DNA of 64,000 bases. It comes from Vermamoeba vermiformis. Its lineage: Eukaryota. Below are positions 24,571 to 38,500 of this stretch, one piece after another; positions within the stretch are counted from its first letter, which is position 1; each line of letters begins with the position of its first letter. Made by a program: the position numbers and the translations under genes. The notes beneath the pieces are model-generated. The model was not told the origin of the DNA. It worked only from the letters and a program-made list of their open reading frames with translations, and made no database searches. The DNA is taken from positions 1-64,000 of the forward strand of contig JBEWZL010000126.1 in assembly GCA_045837725.1 (NCBI GenBank), in the 5' to 3' direction.

Positions 24571-25125
24571 ATGGATAAGAAACAGCTACGCAGATACAAA
24601 AATGATCAAATTGTGCATCTGAAAATTATGATTGATCAAATCCCGGTTGCTAAAACCGAATCTGGCTTGCTAAGCTTCGAGGAACAAGAATCTTCAGCGC
24701 GTCTTAATGCATTTGTAGAGGCAGCTATGAATCCAGAATCGTTGGTTGAGCGACTTCAAATAAAGGATGGCTTGATCAGCAGTATTTTCAAGAAGAACTT
24801 CCATGTGCCACTAGCCACAAGTTTGCAAAACAAGGTCTCGTACAGTTTGATTAAAAACCGCCGCAAGATTGGCAAATCTGACTTAGTACTCATTACAACG
24901 TACCACTGCTATGACATCTCTTCAATCAAACCTTTTTTGCCAGTACTAGATGGAGGTCGTGTGGGATTGGACAGCGATTTTACTCCGCTTTTTACGGTGG
25001 TATCCAGCGAAGTTCCGTTCATAATCAAATACAACTGGCATGAGCAAGAAATAACACTCCGATTTGATGTAGATAAGTGGCGTGGTAATTTTGTAAATGG
25101 CCAGTTTGTTGGCAACCCAATATAA
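24571..25125 (+). CDS. Hypothetical intronless 184-aa protein
   Basis: ATG-initiated ORF with TATAAATA at ~24501 and AATAAA just after the stop. No motif recognised. Confidence 0.6.
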   Translation: MDKKQLRRYKNDQIVHLKIMIDQIPVAKTESGLLSFEEQESSARLNAFVEAAMNPESLVERLQIKDGLISSIFKKNFHVPLATSLQNKVSYSLIKNRRKIGKSDLVLITTYHCYDISSIKPFLPVLDGGRVGLDSDFTPLFTVVSSEVPFIIKYNWHEQEITLRFDVDKWRGNFVNGQFVGNPI

Positions 25126-26141
25126 TGCATAAATAAACCTCAAGATCTTGCCGCTAAAATTAGTCACAAAAAGAGTCGTCTCCGCCAAAATTAGTCGCAA
25201 ACAGGAAGGGCTAATTGCAAAATTTTAATATATATAATGCATAATAGTATATTAAATAATACCACATTAAATGAACTTTAAACCGGTGAAATGTATTGTG
25301 CAGATGTGAAGGTTTACCCTTCAAAGGTGTGATTGCAACGTGCTTTAAACAGGCACCTAACGCGCCTTCGTCTCCTAGACATATTACGCTGGTTTAATGG
25401 ATCAAAAAAGGGAACCGGGAAATAACCGGGAATTGCGGTACCAACCCGTTTTTTCGCGGTGCCGTACTTCATTCCCGTGACCTGTATGTAGCGCTAGTGG
25501 TGCTTATGTAAATAATGAACTAAAATAATTATTTGGGCCTTCGAGAACAACCCAACAGCACTCCGCCCCGATGTATTGTGTTGCTAGTACGAGGATGATT
25601 CATGATACAATACACATTGTGGCTGACAGCCAGCTGAGCCTATTTGTTTCAGAGTGCGGATTCGGATTGACCTTGACGTTTGCTGAGCTCGGAGGTAACT
25701 ACGTTGCTTCATTTAATTCTAGTAAATATTATACAACATTGTATATTTAAAATCTCAATTTAGGACTTTGGATTTAATTATTAATAATAATTCAAAATAA
25801 GTTTTTCTCTAGACAGAGTCTCACTGCACGAACTCGTTTGTGCTAAATGAACGATAATTATTCAGGCGAAATTTTCAGAAATTATTTTTTTAAATATCTA
25901 ACGAAACTTTTTGATTACAGCTCATATCTCGCGCCGCTTCCAACAATTTGTTGAAGACCTATCCAATTGATGTGTTTACTGTGGCGGTACTTTGATTGCC
26001 AACATTAACATTTGTGGAATTCCAATGGTTGCAGACATCGCGATTAACTTTGCCGTTCCAACCGTTGGCTAAATTTAGCGCTAAAGTCCGGTTCATGAAC
26101 AGTTTTATGAGCTAATTTGGAGCATCTTGAAGAAGACCTCA

Positions 26142-29100
26142 ATGCGAACTATATATTTATCGCTATTTATTATTATTTGTATTTCTAAGGTGGAATCTGG
26201 AGGTAAGCAGCCTGATACTCGATTTGATCAAATCTCTGATTTACCTTTTTACAGCCTTTATTTATACGGTGTATCCAGATCTTATGTCGGCAGACTCACC
26301 TTACTATCAACGGAACAGCACCTTCACATTTTCAGATGCGGTTAATTTCCCTCGCAATTTTTTTACCTTGTACTCGGCACCAAACGACAGCTATATCGCA
26401 TTCCAAATTTTTGCCGAGACGATAAATGGCTTGCCTGCTGCTCCTAACGTCACTTTAATGCAAACGCCCGAAGATCAGTACATTTACAAACCGGCTGGTA
26501 AATCTGTTCTTTTATCATTATGGCCTTTCTAATGCCTGATAATGTAGGTAATTTATACTCATCCGTTGGCGTGCATTTGATTGACTCAGTAGCCTTTGCT
26601 GTAATTAATAGCGGATTTGGTCTTGGTTTAGCGTTAATTAAGGGAAATCCGGATAATAACTTGACCGAAATGAAACTAATGGCCTGGAATTGGATATTTT
26701 GGGCCGATATTCTACTTAGCAACGGCAACAGTTTCCCGGATGACCCAATTAACAACGAACTCACATCCATCGCAATCGCGCATCCAAGTACGAAGGCAAT
26801 CCTTGCAGTAATGCTTACCAACTCAGTTCAAGGAATATTTAAAATGTTATTAGCTGACGGTACGATAATAGTCCGAGTATATAAACGTACTAATTTGTTT
26901 TTTTTAGTGGATTCAACGCTTGGGTACCAATCGAGTTCCATCGTCTCCTCTCCAGACAATGTATTTACTGCTCGCCCAGCACTTGCGGCATATCCAGATG
27001 CAGGAGTCAATACCTATATTCTCGCTTATAGTTGGAAGATCTCGAAGTTCCAGTACGAGATCCTCGTTCAAACAGTCGACGACATTATGACGGTCACAAA
27101 CATTACAAATATTCCGTGGTCGACATCGTTTTTGCCGATAGACGTTCAATTAACCTATGTTGGTGAGTCCAAATTAGGAAATTTAAATTTAATTTATGCG
27201 AATATTTCTAGACCGTGCAAATACTTTAAAACTATGACGATTATTCAAACCATAGAGTAACATATAGTGCTATTAATATTCTGCTTGCATATGATTAATC
27301 TATTGAAGTGAACTAAAAATGGACATTCGATACTAAGTTTCCTTTTTAGGTAACAGCGTTATTGCGTTAACGTACCAGCTCATCAATGAGACGCACGCAA
27401 CAGTAAAACAACAATTCGTTAATATTGTCGACAAAGGCACTGTTTCACTGGTAGATCTCGCTGCCGTCGAAGATCTGGCCTTGACTTACGCCATCGCTAC
27501 GAATGTTATGCCTGACGGAAGATTAATTACGACCTGGGCTAGTAGTTCGAATACAAGTACCTTTAATGGTATAATCAGCGATTATAACAACAATACGAAT
27601 CCGCCGATCGAGTTCACGATTCCAGCAGCAGATCCGTCACTTCCCATTGCTCGACTGCAAATAGCCCCGCTCTCATCGACATCATTTGCGGTCACTCAAA
27701 TGCGCATTGGTGAGCGCTCTTCATCGTTCACGAACTACTACATCATTTCAAGTTGCGACGACGGTGTAAGAACGATGAATGAGAACTGTGTGCAGGGCAA
27801 TGCAGGCTGCGTGAACTGCATGTGCAGCAACAGCGATGGTTATTACGCCACGGGAGATTATAAGACATGCAAGACTAGTAAGTTCAGTCCACACTCTTTC
27901 GACAGATTTGAATCCGGTTCTGTTCACATTTTGGAAACTATTAGACATTTACCATCGTTATTAATATTAATATTAGTTTGCGGCGATAATATTGTTGCAG
28001 GCAATGAAACGTGCGACAATTCAAAGGATGTTAACTGCGTGGATTGTGCGTGCGCTCAAGGCTCAACTTGGAATTCTACAGGTACGCTTTAACCTGAAGA
28101 TCGTGGTGTCCGTCTATATGAGCTATTATCACTGAAGTGTAGCCTATTAAACCTGCAAAAGATCCGCGACACCTACTTGCTGACCAGATCCCGTTTTCAA
28201 CAATTTTTAACCGATGTTTTAATATAGAGTTGCTATGCACAACCATTGTTATTGACGCTGCTCCATCCAATATTCCATCCAACCACCAAGTTAGTGGCCC
28301 TACCGCAGAAGCACCGGGTGGCTGGTCCAACGATTACATAGCCATTTTTGTGGTGTGTCCGCTCGGCCTCGGTGCGGCAATATTTTTGGCTGTTTATTTC
28401 GGCAAGAAACGAAAGGCAGAACGAGAAGCAAAACAAAAAGCTGAAAAGAGTGATGCGAATCTAAATCCACGAGAGACAACCGGATCGAACTACGCAACAG
28501 TCCCGCGTGCTTATGGATCGATTCCCGCCAACGAAGTAGAGCTTCAATCGACCAATCAGGGCGGGGCAAGTGGTGCGTTGAAGAGTTCGCGAGCAGTGGA
28601 CAAACTGAACGTGCCTTATGCCGAGCTCAAGTTCTTAACGGAGATCGGTGCTGGTGCGTACGGCAAAGTATTCATTGGAGGTAATTAATCGATCCTACTC
28701 GCCACTCACTATATTATAAATGAATAAGAGACTAATAGTTTGTTATTGAATAGAGTGGCAACGAGTGAAAGTAGCACTGAAGATCAACACTTCCGCGACT
28801 GGTGCTGACTTTGAACGAGAGGCCAAACTCATGGTGTTAGTCGCATTAGTATAGCATTATCAACACCATTGTTGCAATTAATTTGAGAGGTTAATAACGC
28901 TTTACTTTGAAGTGAACTTCGACCGCATCCAAATGTGGTGCAAATGCTCGGAGTGTCCTCCGATGGTCCTTACCCCGTGATGATTCTCGAGTACTGCGAC
29001 GGCGGCAGTCTCGACACAAAGCTGTTCGACACGAAGCAAGCGTGGACAGTCGCAGAACAACTGCGCACAGTGAATGGCATTGCGAAGGGTCTGTTTCACC

Positions 29101-29622
29101 TGCACAAGAATCAGATTATTCACCGTGACATTTCTGCGCGCAACATTTTGTTGAACTATAATCAGCCAAAGATATCAGACTTTGGCTTGTCTCGCTTGGT
29201 GAGTGACACGAAGAAAGGAAGTACGACCAAATCCAACGTTGGTCCGATCCGCTGGATGTCTCCAGAATCGCTGAAATCCATGTCTTACAGTACAAAGTAA
29301 GCACCTTAATATCGAATATACGTTTATAATAATACTCTCGAAAAATTCCTGACAATTTACATTTTTCAGATCGGATGTGTGGACTTTTGGCTTGGTCATT
29401 TACGAAATCGTTGCACGTAAAGAACCTCACGCCGATGCAGATCAAATAAGCATTGGAGTGCAAATCAGAGATCAAGGCATCACTCCTGAGATACCTGAAG
29501 ACTGCGATCCGTGTTTGAAAGAATTAATGGTGCAGTGTTGGCATCTCGATCCGGAGCAGAGACCGACCATGGAAGAGATTTGCGACATATTGGACAAGTA
29601 TATGGAGAATAACAAAATGTAA
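26142..29622 (+). CDS. Receptor-like tyrosine-kinase-type protein kinase
   Basis: Signal peptide MRTIYLSLFIIICIS, large ectodomain, Cys repeats (CDDGVRTMNENC, CGDNIVAGNETCD) and TM YIAIFVVCPLGLGAAIFLAVYF. Kinase motifs GAGAYG, HRDISARN, DFG and GPIRWMSPE. Confidence 0.9.
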
Positions 29623-29636
29623 ATATAGTTGGTTTA

Positions 29637-31696
29637 TCAATTTTTAGATGTGCTGTGGATGCGACAATACTTTTTGTGGCCATATGCAATAGTTCTAGTG
29701 CACTGGTAGCCCTTTTTTGTGTATGCACGACATTGACGGTAGTCTTCTGAACTCGATGAATCATAATCACAAGAAGACGAATCCGAAGATGAATCCGAAT
29801 CCGAAGATGAATCCGAGGTATTATAATAAGAGTGGTGATGATGTACGACTTGCTGCTTGGCTTTAAGTTCAGCTTGTTCCTTTTCGAGCTGTAATCTGGC
29901 CTTCTCTGCCTCGAAGGCTTTTCTTTCTGCTTCGAGTCTCTTTTGTTCGTTTTCAAGTCGCTGATTTTCAGCGGCAATTCTCTTCGCCTCAGCCTCTTCT
30001 TTCTCACGCTTTGCTCTTGCAATTTCTTCTTGAGCCTGTCTTTCAGCGGCCATTCTCTTCGCTTCGGCCTCTTCTTTCTCACGTTTTGCTTTGTCCAGTG
30101 CTTCCTGAAGCGCTTTTTTCTCGGCGTCTTCTTTCTGCTTTCGAATGCGCGCCTTTTCTTTATCTTTGTTCTTTTTTATCAATTTATCTTGCGCTGCGCT
30201 TTTGATTTCAGCAATTTGACTCGTGATGCCGGAGATCTGTGGCGAAAGTTCAGGCATGTACATCTGAATCTCGTCGAACAAGTTATTGTTAGATTTGAAT
30301 TCTTCCATTACTTTTTGTTGTTCTTCAGGTGTCGTGCAGCTAGCAAGTTTGTCGGCAAGTGCCACAACGTTTTGTTTCACGATCGGCAAGGACTTAGTCA
30401 CGTAAACCTCGTTGTTTTTCTGTCTGTACTTGTCCATGAACTCTTTCAGCCATTTCTGTGTCAGCAACAAACATTAGTTTGGTTGACTCAAAGATAACGA
30501 ACCGTCGTCTGTTACCTTAAATTGTTCAATTAGTTGGCTCGCTTCTTTCTCCGTAACAACGGACGTTTTCAATATTTCTTCGAACGAAGCGATACTCGAT
30601 TTAAAGTGGTCCTCGCAGTAGTCAATGAACGACTTTGGCTTCATTGGAATGACTTTGTCCAACTTGTCTTTCAATTCTTTCATTGAGTTTTGCAAGAACG
30701 ACTTGGCTACTTCTGGTGCAGGAGCGTTTAAGGCAGATGCAGCAACAGGTGGGTTGGCTGGTGGGGTAGTACTAACGCCAGAGGTTGAAGACTGCGTTGG
30801 TTTGCTTGGGGTGACTGAGGTGCTCGACCCTTCTTTCGGTTTCGTTGACGGTGAGCCAGTGTTGCTTGCATTGACAGCACTAAGGGAGGGAGATGAAGAC
30901 GATGCAGCTGATTTCTCCGAGCTGAGGGACTTGTTGGCTGACGTAGTTTGGCTTGTCAACGGTTTCGTTGCAATGGAGGCAGGTTGGGTTGATTTGGCGG
31001 CACTGCCAACACTTGCGGACGAAGAAGGGGACGGTGTAGTCTGCTGGTCCGAGATACTCAGTCTAGCGAATGAAAGACGGTTGGCTCGAACGGTATCTGA
31101 AGTTGGCTTGACAGGTTGTACTTCGGACTTGGAGGACGGAATTTTCGTGTACATGTCAATCAGCGGAAATAAAGTCGAAGAGCTGCCTCCGGAGGTTTGA
31201 TTTATCTTGTTGAATTGTTCTAGAACGCAAGTTAGACTCACTCTTTCGATTTAAAATAAAATTGTTCGTACCTATCTCTTGTTTCGGTGCAAAACTGCTA
31301 AAAAGATGAAACATGATTCGCAACACGTCTTTTTCTTTGCCGCTGAGGAGTTCTGAATTGAGGTATTGTAAGAACTACAAACCTGACTGTTAGATCTAGA
31401 ACTTACCTGCAACGCCAACGTCTCCAATATTAATATTGCGTTGTTGCGTAAATGTCAATATTTTCGCTGCATTTTTTTGCATCGCAAGTCCCTTCTGAGT
31501 GCTTTGATGCGGTTCCAGCGTCTCTCCGGTCAGTGCGGACAACAGTCGCAATATTATGACACCGTCATTGAATTGCTCTTGTTCGATTGACTTGATATTT
31601 AACGCGAGCTTTGATGACACCCACTGCAATAAATGCTACCAAGTGGGTTAGTATAACATTACCAATGGTATCATCGTAAGTACGTACCTCCGACAT
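29637..31696 (-). CDS. Calponin-homology-domain protein with S/T-rich linker, coiled coil and C-terminal CCCH-like finger
   Basis: LQWVSSKL..FNDGVIILRLLSALTG (CH domain). An intron at ~30457-30515 joins the two long ORFs. C-terminus CRAYTKKGYQC..YCRIH. Confidence 0.8.
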
Positions 31697-32033
31697 GAGT
31701 AGTTGTGGTAGTTTGAATAAATCGAAGAATAATGAGGTCACGCTACTATTCTGCTATGCACAAAAAAGAATTCACCACGCGCAACAGGAGATATGACCAG
31801 CATTGAACTATTTACGACTTTGGCCAAGAGATATTCCGTTGCAAAGTTCTCTTCATTTCGACACTCAACGACGGCATCATTTAAACAGCTATCTGTGGGA
31901 CTTGACCATGCAAGCGCTGGCGCACCAGTACACCGGCAAAAGTCGTAATATCGGAAATTTATCTCCGAACTTCTGTCGAGACACCTTCGATATTCCTAGC
32001 ATGCGTCAGAACAATAAGTAAAACTGCGCCTCA

Positions 32034-33340
32034 TTGTTTCAATATCACAATAGACACAACTAAATATCTGAGCCGAAAAATTGATCACGTACCTTCGTAT
32101 CAATAGAGCCACGTATCTATTTGCACCACATTGCCGACAATCTTATTTCATCGCGTGCATTCCATGTTGATGCACATGCGCGGCATTGCACAATTCAAAC
32201 ACGATTTCGTTACTTTCTTCGCTGTCTCAATGCGTCATTTGCTAATTTCGTGTTATTTAATTTTAGTTATAAATATGCAATATCGTTACTTACGGCGAGT
32301 CAACATAGCTCTCCGTCAATTTGAATCCAAGCCCTGGAGCAATTTAAGTATTTTTTTTGACCATTGCGGAGTGTGACATATTGCATCCCCGTTCATTCTT
32401 ACCAATGCTGATCAGGCATTATTGACGCTCTGAATAATAGATAGAGAACGGCTAGATCGCGGTCTTGGTTGAGCCAGGCGTTGTATCGGCTGTGGCATGA
32501 CGAGCACTTGCGATCTGTTGGGCGTTTCGCGTGGTAAAATTATCATATTTTTCACGGCTCTTGAGCACGTGGACACGTGTATTCGAAGGATAATCTTCCA
32601 ATAAAATCTAATAAATTGATGAATATAAGTCTGGCTCAAAAAAACAGTGGGGTAAAAATGATTGCGGATCGCGATATTTTGAAGTTATGTGCAAGATTAT
32701 CTCTTACCAATGCTTATTTTGCGACATCAGTACTCTCACTATCATTCACATGGCAACTAGATTATATTGATGTGTTATTTAACCATCGTGCAGGTCGTGG
32801 AATGACGAGCACTTGTGCACATCTGAACCTAAAACAAGAAATTTTATTGTCGCATTTTCGTAATGAACAATCAAATTGCAGCATGAAATTATTATATAAT
32901 TGTTGAATGAACGTTAGTTTACAGTAAAGCACTGCGTATCCAAGTCACTTACAAGAATCGCATTTAGATTGAACCCACATGCACCCAATCGTTGAAAATA
33001 ATGCACTTTTGCGGCGGCATTAATGTTTAAGAGGTATTCTCGCTGTTGTGGTCGACGGTGTTTCAAAAAAAGCGAAACTGTCTCTGCAGTACGTACAAGG
33101 CACATGGCTAGAACTGATAATGAAGCATTCTGATCGCGTAAGCAGGTTTAGTATAATTGTGATATTTTTTCGCACTTTGTACGAGAGCGAAGCGAGATCC
33201 ATGGATAACAACCTGATCTGCAGTTTTTTTCATTCCCTCTTGTGTATTTTCGCTCATAACGCAACTGAGAGCATAATATACTATGTCATGCTAACGGATG
33301 CTTTTCTAAGCAGATCGCACGAGAAAGAAAAGAGTTTACT
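32034..33340 (+). repeat. Dispersed degenerate repeat, copy 1
   Basis: 32034-32185 is highly similar to 40113-40268. Blocks TCTTACCAATGCT, GTGG(C/A)ATGACGAGCACTTG and AGCAGATCGCA(C/T)GAGAAAG are shared in the same order. Confidence 0.75.
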
Positions 33341-33865
33341 TCGTCATTTGATCACTTCCGCCTGACAAAGACGCGCCACAACGCCACGATAAAGGCAATG
33401 AAATTGTGACATAAATAATTCAATTTCAAATACACAGCTATGGTAACTCGTCATGTTACCAGCGAGTAAGCAAGATCTTCGATCTTCTCAACATAATTAG
33501 TTTGAAATCAAATTCTGTAAATATTTGATATTAGTATGATATTTAGTCTTTTGATATTGATCTATTTGTATGAATTTTAGGTATTTTCAAGCTTAAAAAC
33601 TAATTATTTTCTTGCAGGGCAACGCGGATTTGGCCCCTTTTTATAATTAAATTCACCGTTCGACCAAGAGATATAATGAACGTTCACCGAATCTTCGTTT
33701 TGAGCACAAAAGAAAAAGCGTCACGCGAAAGGGACATCTGACCAAAAGAATGAAAGCATACAAATAAAACCCTCATTTTGGACGCATTATTATCGCAATT
33801 TAATACAACAAGTTGACCAGCACTAGCGCACGAATATAGGCCTGTCACAATCAAGTAGCCCTACC

Positions 33866-35069
33866 ATGAGCAAGAGCTGTCACAAAACAACGCCGCCAGT
33901 GGTCAACAACCCTCCTGGCTATGATGTCGTCAAACAAAAACTGGCCGAAATGGGCGGTGCTTGGCAACACTTCGATCCGAACCAATACGTGGTCAAGAAT
34001 CGAATCAAAGAACAATTATTCGGCGACGAATATCACGAACGATATGGCCAAGAGGTATTTGCTTACTTATTTGCATCATAATTCAATTCTTTTCGTAATT
34101 TCAATTTTAAATATTGAATTCTCTCTGCAGCTCACGCTCAAAATTTACATGAGCAACGTGCAACCAAATCAAACGTGGGCTCGTATTGCAGGTAATATAA
34201 CTCATTAGTGCTCGCATTGACGTTATTCAAGAATTGACTCACTTTTTTTAACAGATGCGTTGAAAGTGGGTAACTTTCCATTTGGAAGCAGCCACGCAGG
34301 TCTTCAAGTCGGCAACAAAACGGTGAACTGGTACGACAACTCGTTGGTCACCATTGGTAAGTCATTGCAGAGCTATAAAACGTCGAGTCAGCGATACTGA
34401 GTACCGTGCAACAGGTGAGTTTGGCGCATCAACAGGGTTCATTCTGTTCTCACCAAACGAAAATCTCGCAGTAAAACTGTCAAGAGAGCTCATGGATCAG
34501 GTAATGAGAGCGTTGTTGTCGCTCGCGTGTTTTTTGTTTTGAACGAGTGCGCTGATACCATTCTCGTAGCTCGCGGACTTTGTCATCGAATGGAACGCTA
34601 ATGTGACTTATTCCCAACTTCACAAGAACTGCCAAGTGTTCGTGAAAGAGTTTTTAGAGGTTATTGGCCTTTCAATGCCGACTGGTCCTTTGGGTAAGCG
34701 TTTCAAACGAGAGCGAATCCGCAGCCTGCTCAGTCTGCTCAAACATGTCTTTCGATAGGCAAGCTGATCCAAAGTATTCGCCAAGGACATACTAAAAGAC
34801 GAATAGAAACGAAGTATTGTGGTACTTTAGAGTTTGAAACTCATGAGGAGTTGGATCGACTCGAACATGAACATTCAGACCCGACTCTGCCTTTGGACAG
34901 GCAACTGACCAGCGAAGAGAAAAAAATGCTGAAGTTATTTCATCGTGGTTTTCAGATGCAAGAACGAGCACGAGAACCGATGCCTCCTCGACAGATCGTT
35001 TGTCCTGCGGGTGAAGATCCCACCGGCTTGCCTTCATCTCGAATCAAACAAGAACAAGAAGATATTTAA
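33866..35069 (+). CDS. PPPDE/DeSI-like permuted papain-fold peptidase, multi-exon
   Basis: SHAGLQVGNKTVNW (His) precedes YSQLHKNCQVF (Asn-Cys), the order expected for permuted NlpC/P60-PPPDE enzymes. Confidence 0.65.
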
Positions 35070-35546
35070 ATAAGCAAATGCATCTTTTGTATCAATGGCA
35101 ATCTTTATTAAAATCCGAACTGTGTATCGTAAAGGTTAATATTTCATCAATGTCACATCCTCGTTCAACATTATATAATTGATAAATTGATAATCCCGGG
35201 TTGGTTACTTCTCGTAAGATTTTGTCTTTGTTGTTACCACAAGATTCTTCATGAAGATACACACATAACGCAATTATTATGACGGCTTAGCTTTAAGAGC
35301 GCAGTAAGTTCATAGATCAATTATTTTACTTGAATAGAGCCAACAATATTTATTTGAGGTGAAATTAATTTTTAGTTGGCCAAAAAAAGAATTTTGAGTG
35401 CAATATTATTGGCCTGATTAAAATTAACCCACACGTTTGAGAAATCAGGCCAATATCGTGCAAAAACAAAATTAATAGCAATATTTTGTGATGGTTCTTC
35501 GTAACAAATTAATTATTATTTATTTAGAGGGGTTTAAATAAAAAAA

Positions 35547-38500
35547 ATGACTCAATTCGAAGTCTTAGAGCAAGTAGAGAGATTAATTGCTGATGGTAAC
35601 TATTTATAGATTTTGGGAAATCGCTAACTAGATTATAATTTAATTAAGCCCTACATTGCTGTAATGCTGTGTTGGATCTTGGCTCAAACCAATTGACAAC
35701 TCTTCCATCATCATTATTTGCTCTCACAAGCTTGGAAGGGTTGAATCTCAGTTATAATCAATTGCCAACCCTTCCATCATTAATATCAGCTCTTACAAAT
35801 TTGCAATGGTTGGAGCTAAATTTCAATCAACTGACAACTCTTCCATCATCAACAACAGCTCTCACAAACTTGCAACGGTTGTATCTCTATTCAAATCAAC
35901 TGACAACTCTTCCGTCATCAATATCTGCTCTCACAAACCTGCAACGGTTGTATCTCTGGTCAAATCAATTGACAACTCTTCCATCATCAATATCAACTCT
36001 CACAAACTTGCAACTGTTGAATCTCTGGTCAAATCCACTGGCAACTCTTCCATCATCAATATCAGCTCTTGCAAACTTACAGCAGCTGTATCTCAGGTCA
36101 AATCAACTGACAACTCTTCCATCATCAATATCAACTCTCACAAACTTGAAACTGTTGGATCTTGGGGAAAACAAATTGACAACTCTTCCATCATCAATAT
36201 CAACTCTCACAAACTTGCAGGGATTGTATCTCAGGTCAAATCAACTGAAAACTCTTCCATCATCATTAGTAGCCCTTGTAAATTTGACAAAACTGAAGAT
36301 TGAAGATAACCCATTGAAATCACCACCATTAGCAGTTGCAAAAAAGGGACTTTTAGCAATACAAGATTTTTATGATAAAGCCTTTGAAAAAATTCAAGTG
36401 CCTCAAAAGAAGATTGTGATTGTTGGAGAAGGCCTTGTTGGCAAGACATCCCTTGTCAAAAGACTCAAGAATGTCAGGTTTTACAGTCTTCAAGGCTCAT
36501 CAAGAACAGAAGGAGTTGACATTCATAACATAGAGATATCAAAAGGCAAGTTCGTGAGTGTTTGGGACTTTGCAGGCCAAGAGCACTTCTTGTCCAGTCA
36601 CAAACTGTATTTCACCAAGAACTCAGTGTTTGTTATTGTTGTTCAGCTCATTGACAGTTATCAACAAATCAGTGATCAACTTGCCAAATGGATGTTCATT
36701 GTTCATCAATTGTGTCCTGAGAGTAAAGTAGTTGTTATTGCAACCAAGTTAGATTTAGTGAAGAAAAATGAATTGAAAGAGAAAGTCATGCAAATTGATC
36801 ATGCAATCACCACTCTACAAAGTGAACTTCCATTAAATTTACAGTTGAATCCAAATGATGCATTGAGTCCAAAATTGTTTGTGATAAGCAATGACAATAT
36901 GAAAAACATTCCAAGCATTGTTGATTTACTCAAAGGTAAATATGCCCTTTATCAGCATTAGAGTGGTTAACTTGTTGTAGTTTTAGCAAAGGAATCAATA
37001 GCAAGCTCTGTCATAGGCAGTGCTGGCATGTTAAAGCTTCTCAATGACAGCAAAGAGATGTGCATGACTGTTAAGCCATTGGCTCTGCAATCAAACTTAT
37101 CAATTCAGCATTGTATTGAAGTTCTTCATTCCTTGGAAGAGCTTGGAATGATTGTGTATCTTGAATCAAATGAGCAAGATGAAGATGCAACAGTGATACT
37201 GAATGGTGATTTGATCAGCAAAGCATTCAATCAACTCAAAGTCAAATCCAAGAGCCTCAACACTACAAGCATTACAGGATGGATTGACTACAACCTGGCA
37301 AAATCAGTCCTATCCAATGATATCAAATTCAAGTTGTTTATTGAAGTTGTTGAGCAAGCAAAGTTGATTTACATTGAAAGGAAGGGAGAAGTGAAAGATT
37401 GGAAGATATTTGTTCCTCAAATTGGCTTGAATCACAATACCACTCCATTGTATCAAAAGGAAACATTTCATTATTCAGTTGGAAGAATTTATCACTTCAA
37501 GTGCATGCTGCCTATTGGCTTCTTTGAGCACCTCACCATTCAAATGCAATTCTTTGCTAAAATCACATTGTGCAATATTTTGATATCTTCATGTGGCATC
37601 AAGCTGTTTGGTAACTCTGAAGCTGTTTACATTCAAAAAATCAAACTTGGTAGCCAATTTGATTCAGCAGTGCAACTTTTGTCTCAATCAAGCAAAGGGT
37701 AAGCCAATGCAATCCATAAATTACCAGTTGTAACAGTATGTTTAGTGCTTTAACTCTACTGCCTCAAGTCCTAGAAGCATTTGAAGAGTGCTTATTTAGC
37801 TACCTTGCTCATGAGCAAACTGTGACAAAGTTTGTGAAAAGATTGGCCATCTGTCCCTGCACCTGCTGTCAACAGAAATTCAGAGACAACAATCTAACAA
37901 TTGATCAATACCTGCCATTTATGCCAAGTGATCAGATCAGTCCAAACAGTACTCCACTTTTGACACTGTTCATTAGGTTTGTTCTCCATCAAATGTATTG
38001 CTCTCACTGACAGTCCCTGGCAGGAACAAGCGGTTTGCTGGATGTGCAGAATCAGATGCAAGTGTTCCCATCACTGATTTGCTGCCAGAAGTGGCTTTTT
38101 TCAATTGTAAGTGGCTGATAATCATCCTCAACTGACATTACCTTGTTTGAAGTGCCATTGATTCAGTTCACACACATTAAATTGAACAAGTTCAACATCA
38201 GAGGCAAGGGTGCATTTGGCACAGTGACTACAGGAACACTTCCAAATGGTCAACAAGTTGCTGTGAAAGAGATCAAAGACATTCAAGCTGCTTTCAAAGA
38301 GATCAACATACTGAGGTAATGATAATGGCCATGTTAACTCTAACTTACATCCCCATAGAATGCTTGATCACCCTTGCATCTTGAAGATCATTGGCTACTC
38401 TCGCAGTGAGTTGAACAACACAGCACACATGTACATCATCACTGAATTGCTTGACAAGTCACTCTCGCAACTCGTCCATGAATTCAAGGGCTCCCTTTCA

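Noticed and set aside
25430-25500. Helitron 3' end (hairpin plus CTAG)
   Set aside because: The hairpin is weak and too far from the CTAG, and there is no second copy or Rep/helicase gene.
29480-31200. Long overlapping or antisense ORFs (29480-30082, 29943-30497, 30625-31200)
   Set aside because: They are shadows of low-complexity coiled-coil and S/T-rich coding sequence.
35806-36303. 165-aa alternative-frame ORF with DNSSIINI repeats
   Set aside because: It is a shadow frame of the LRR repeat.
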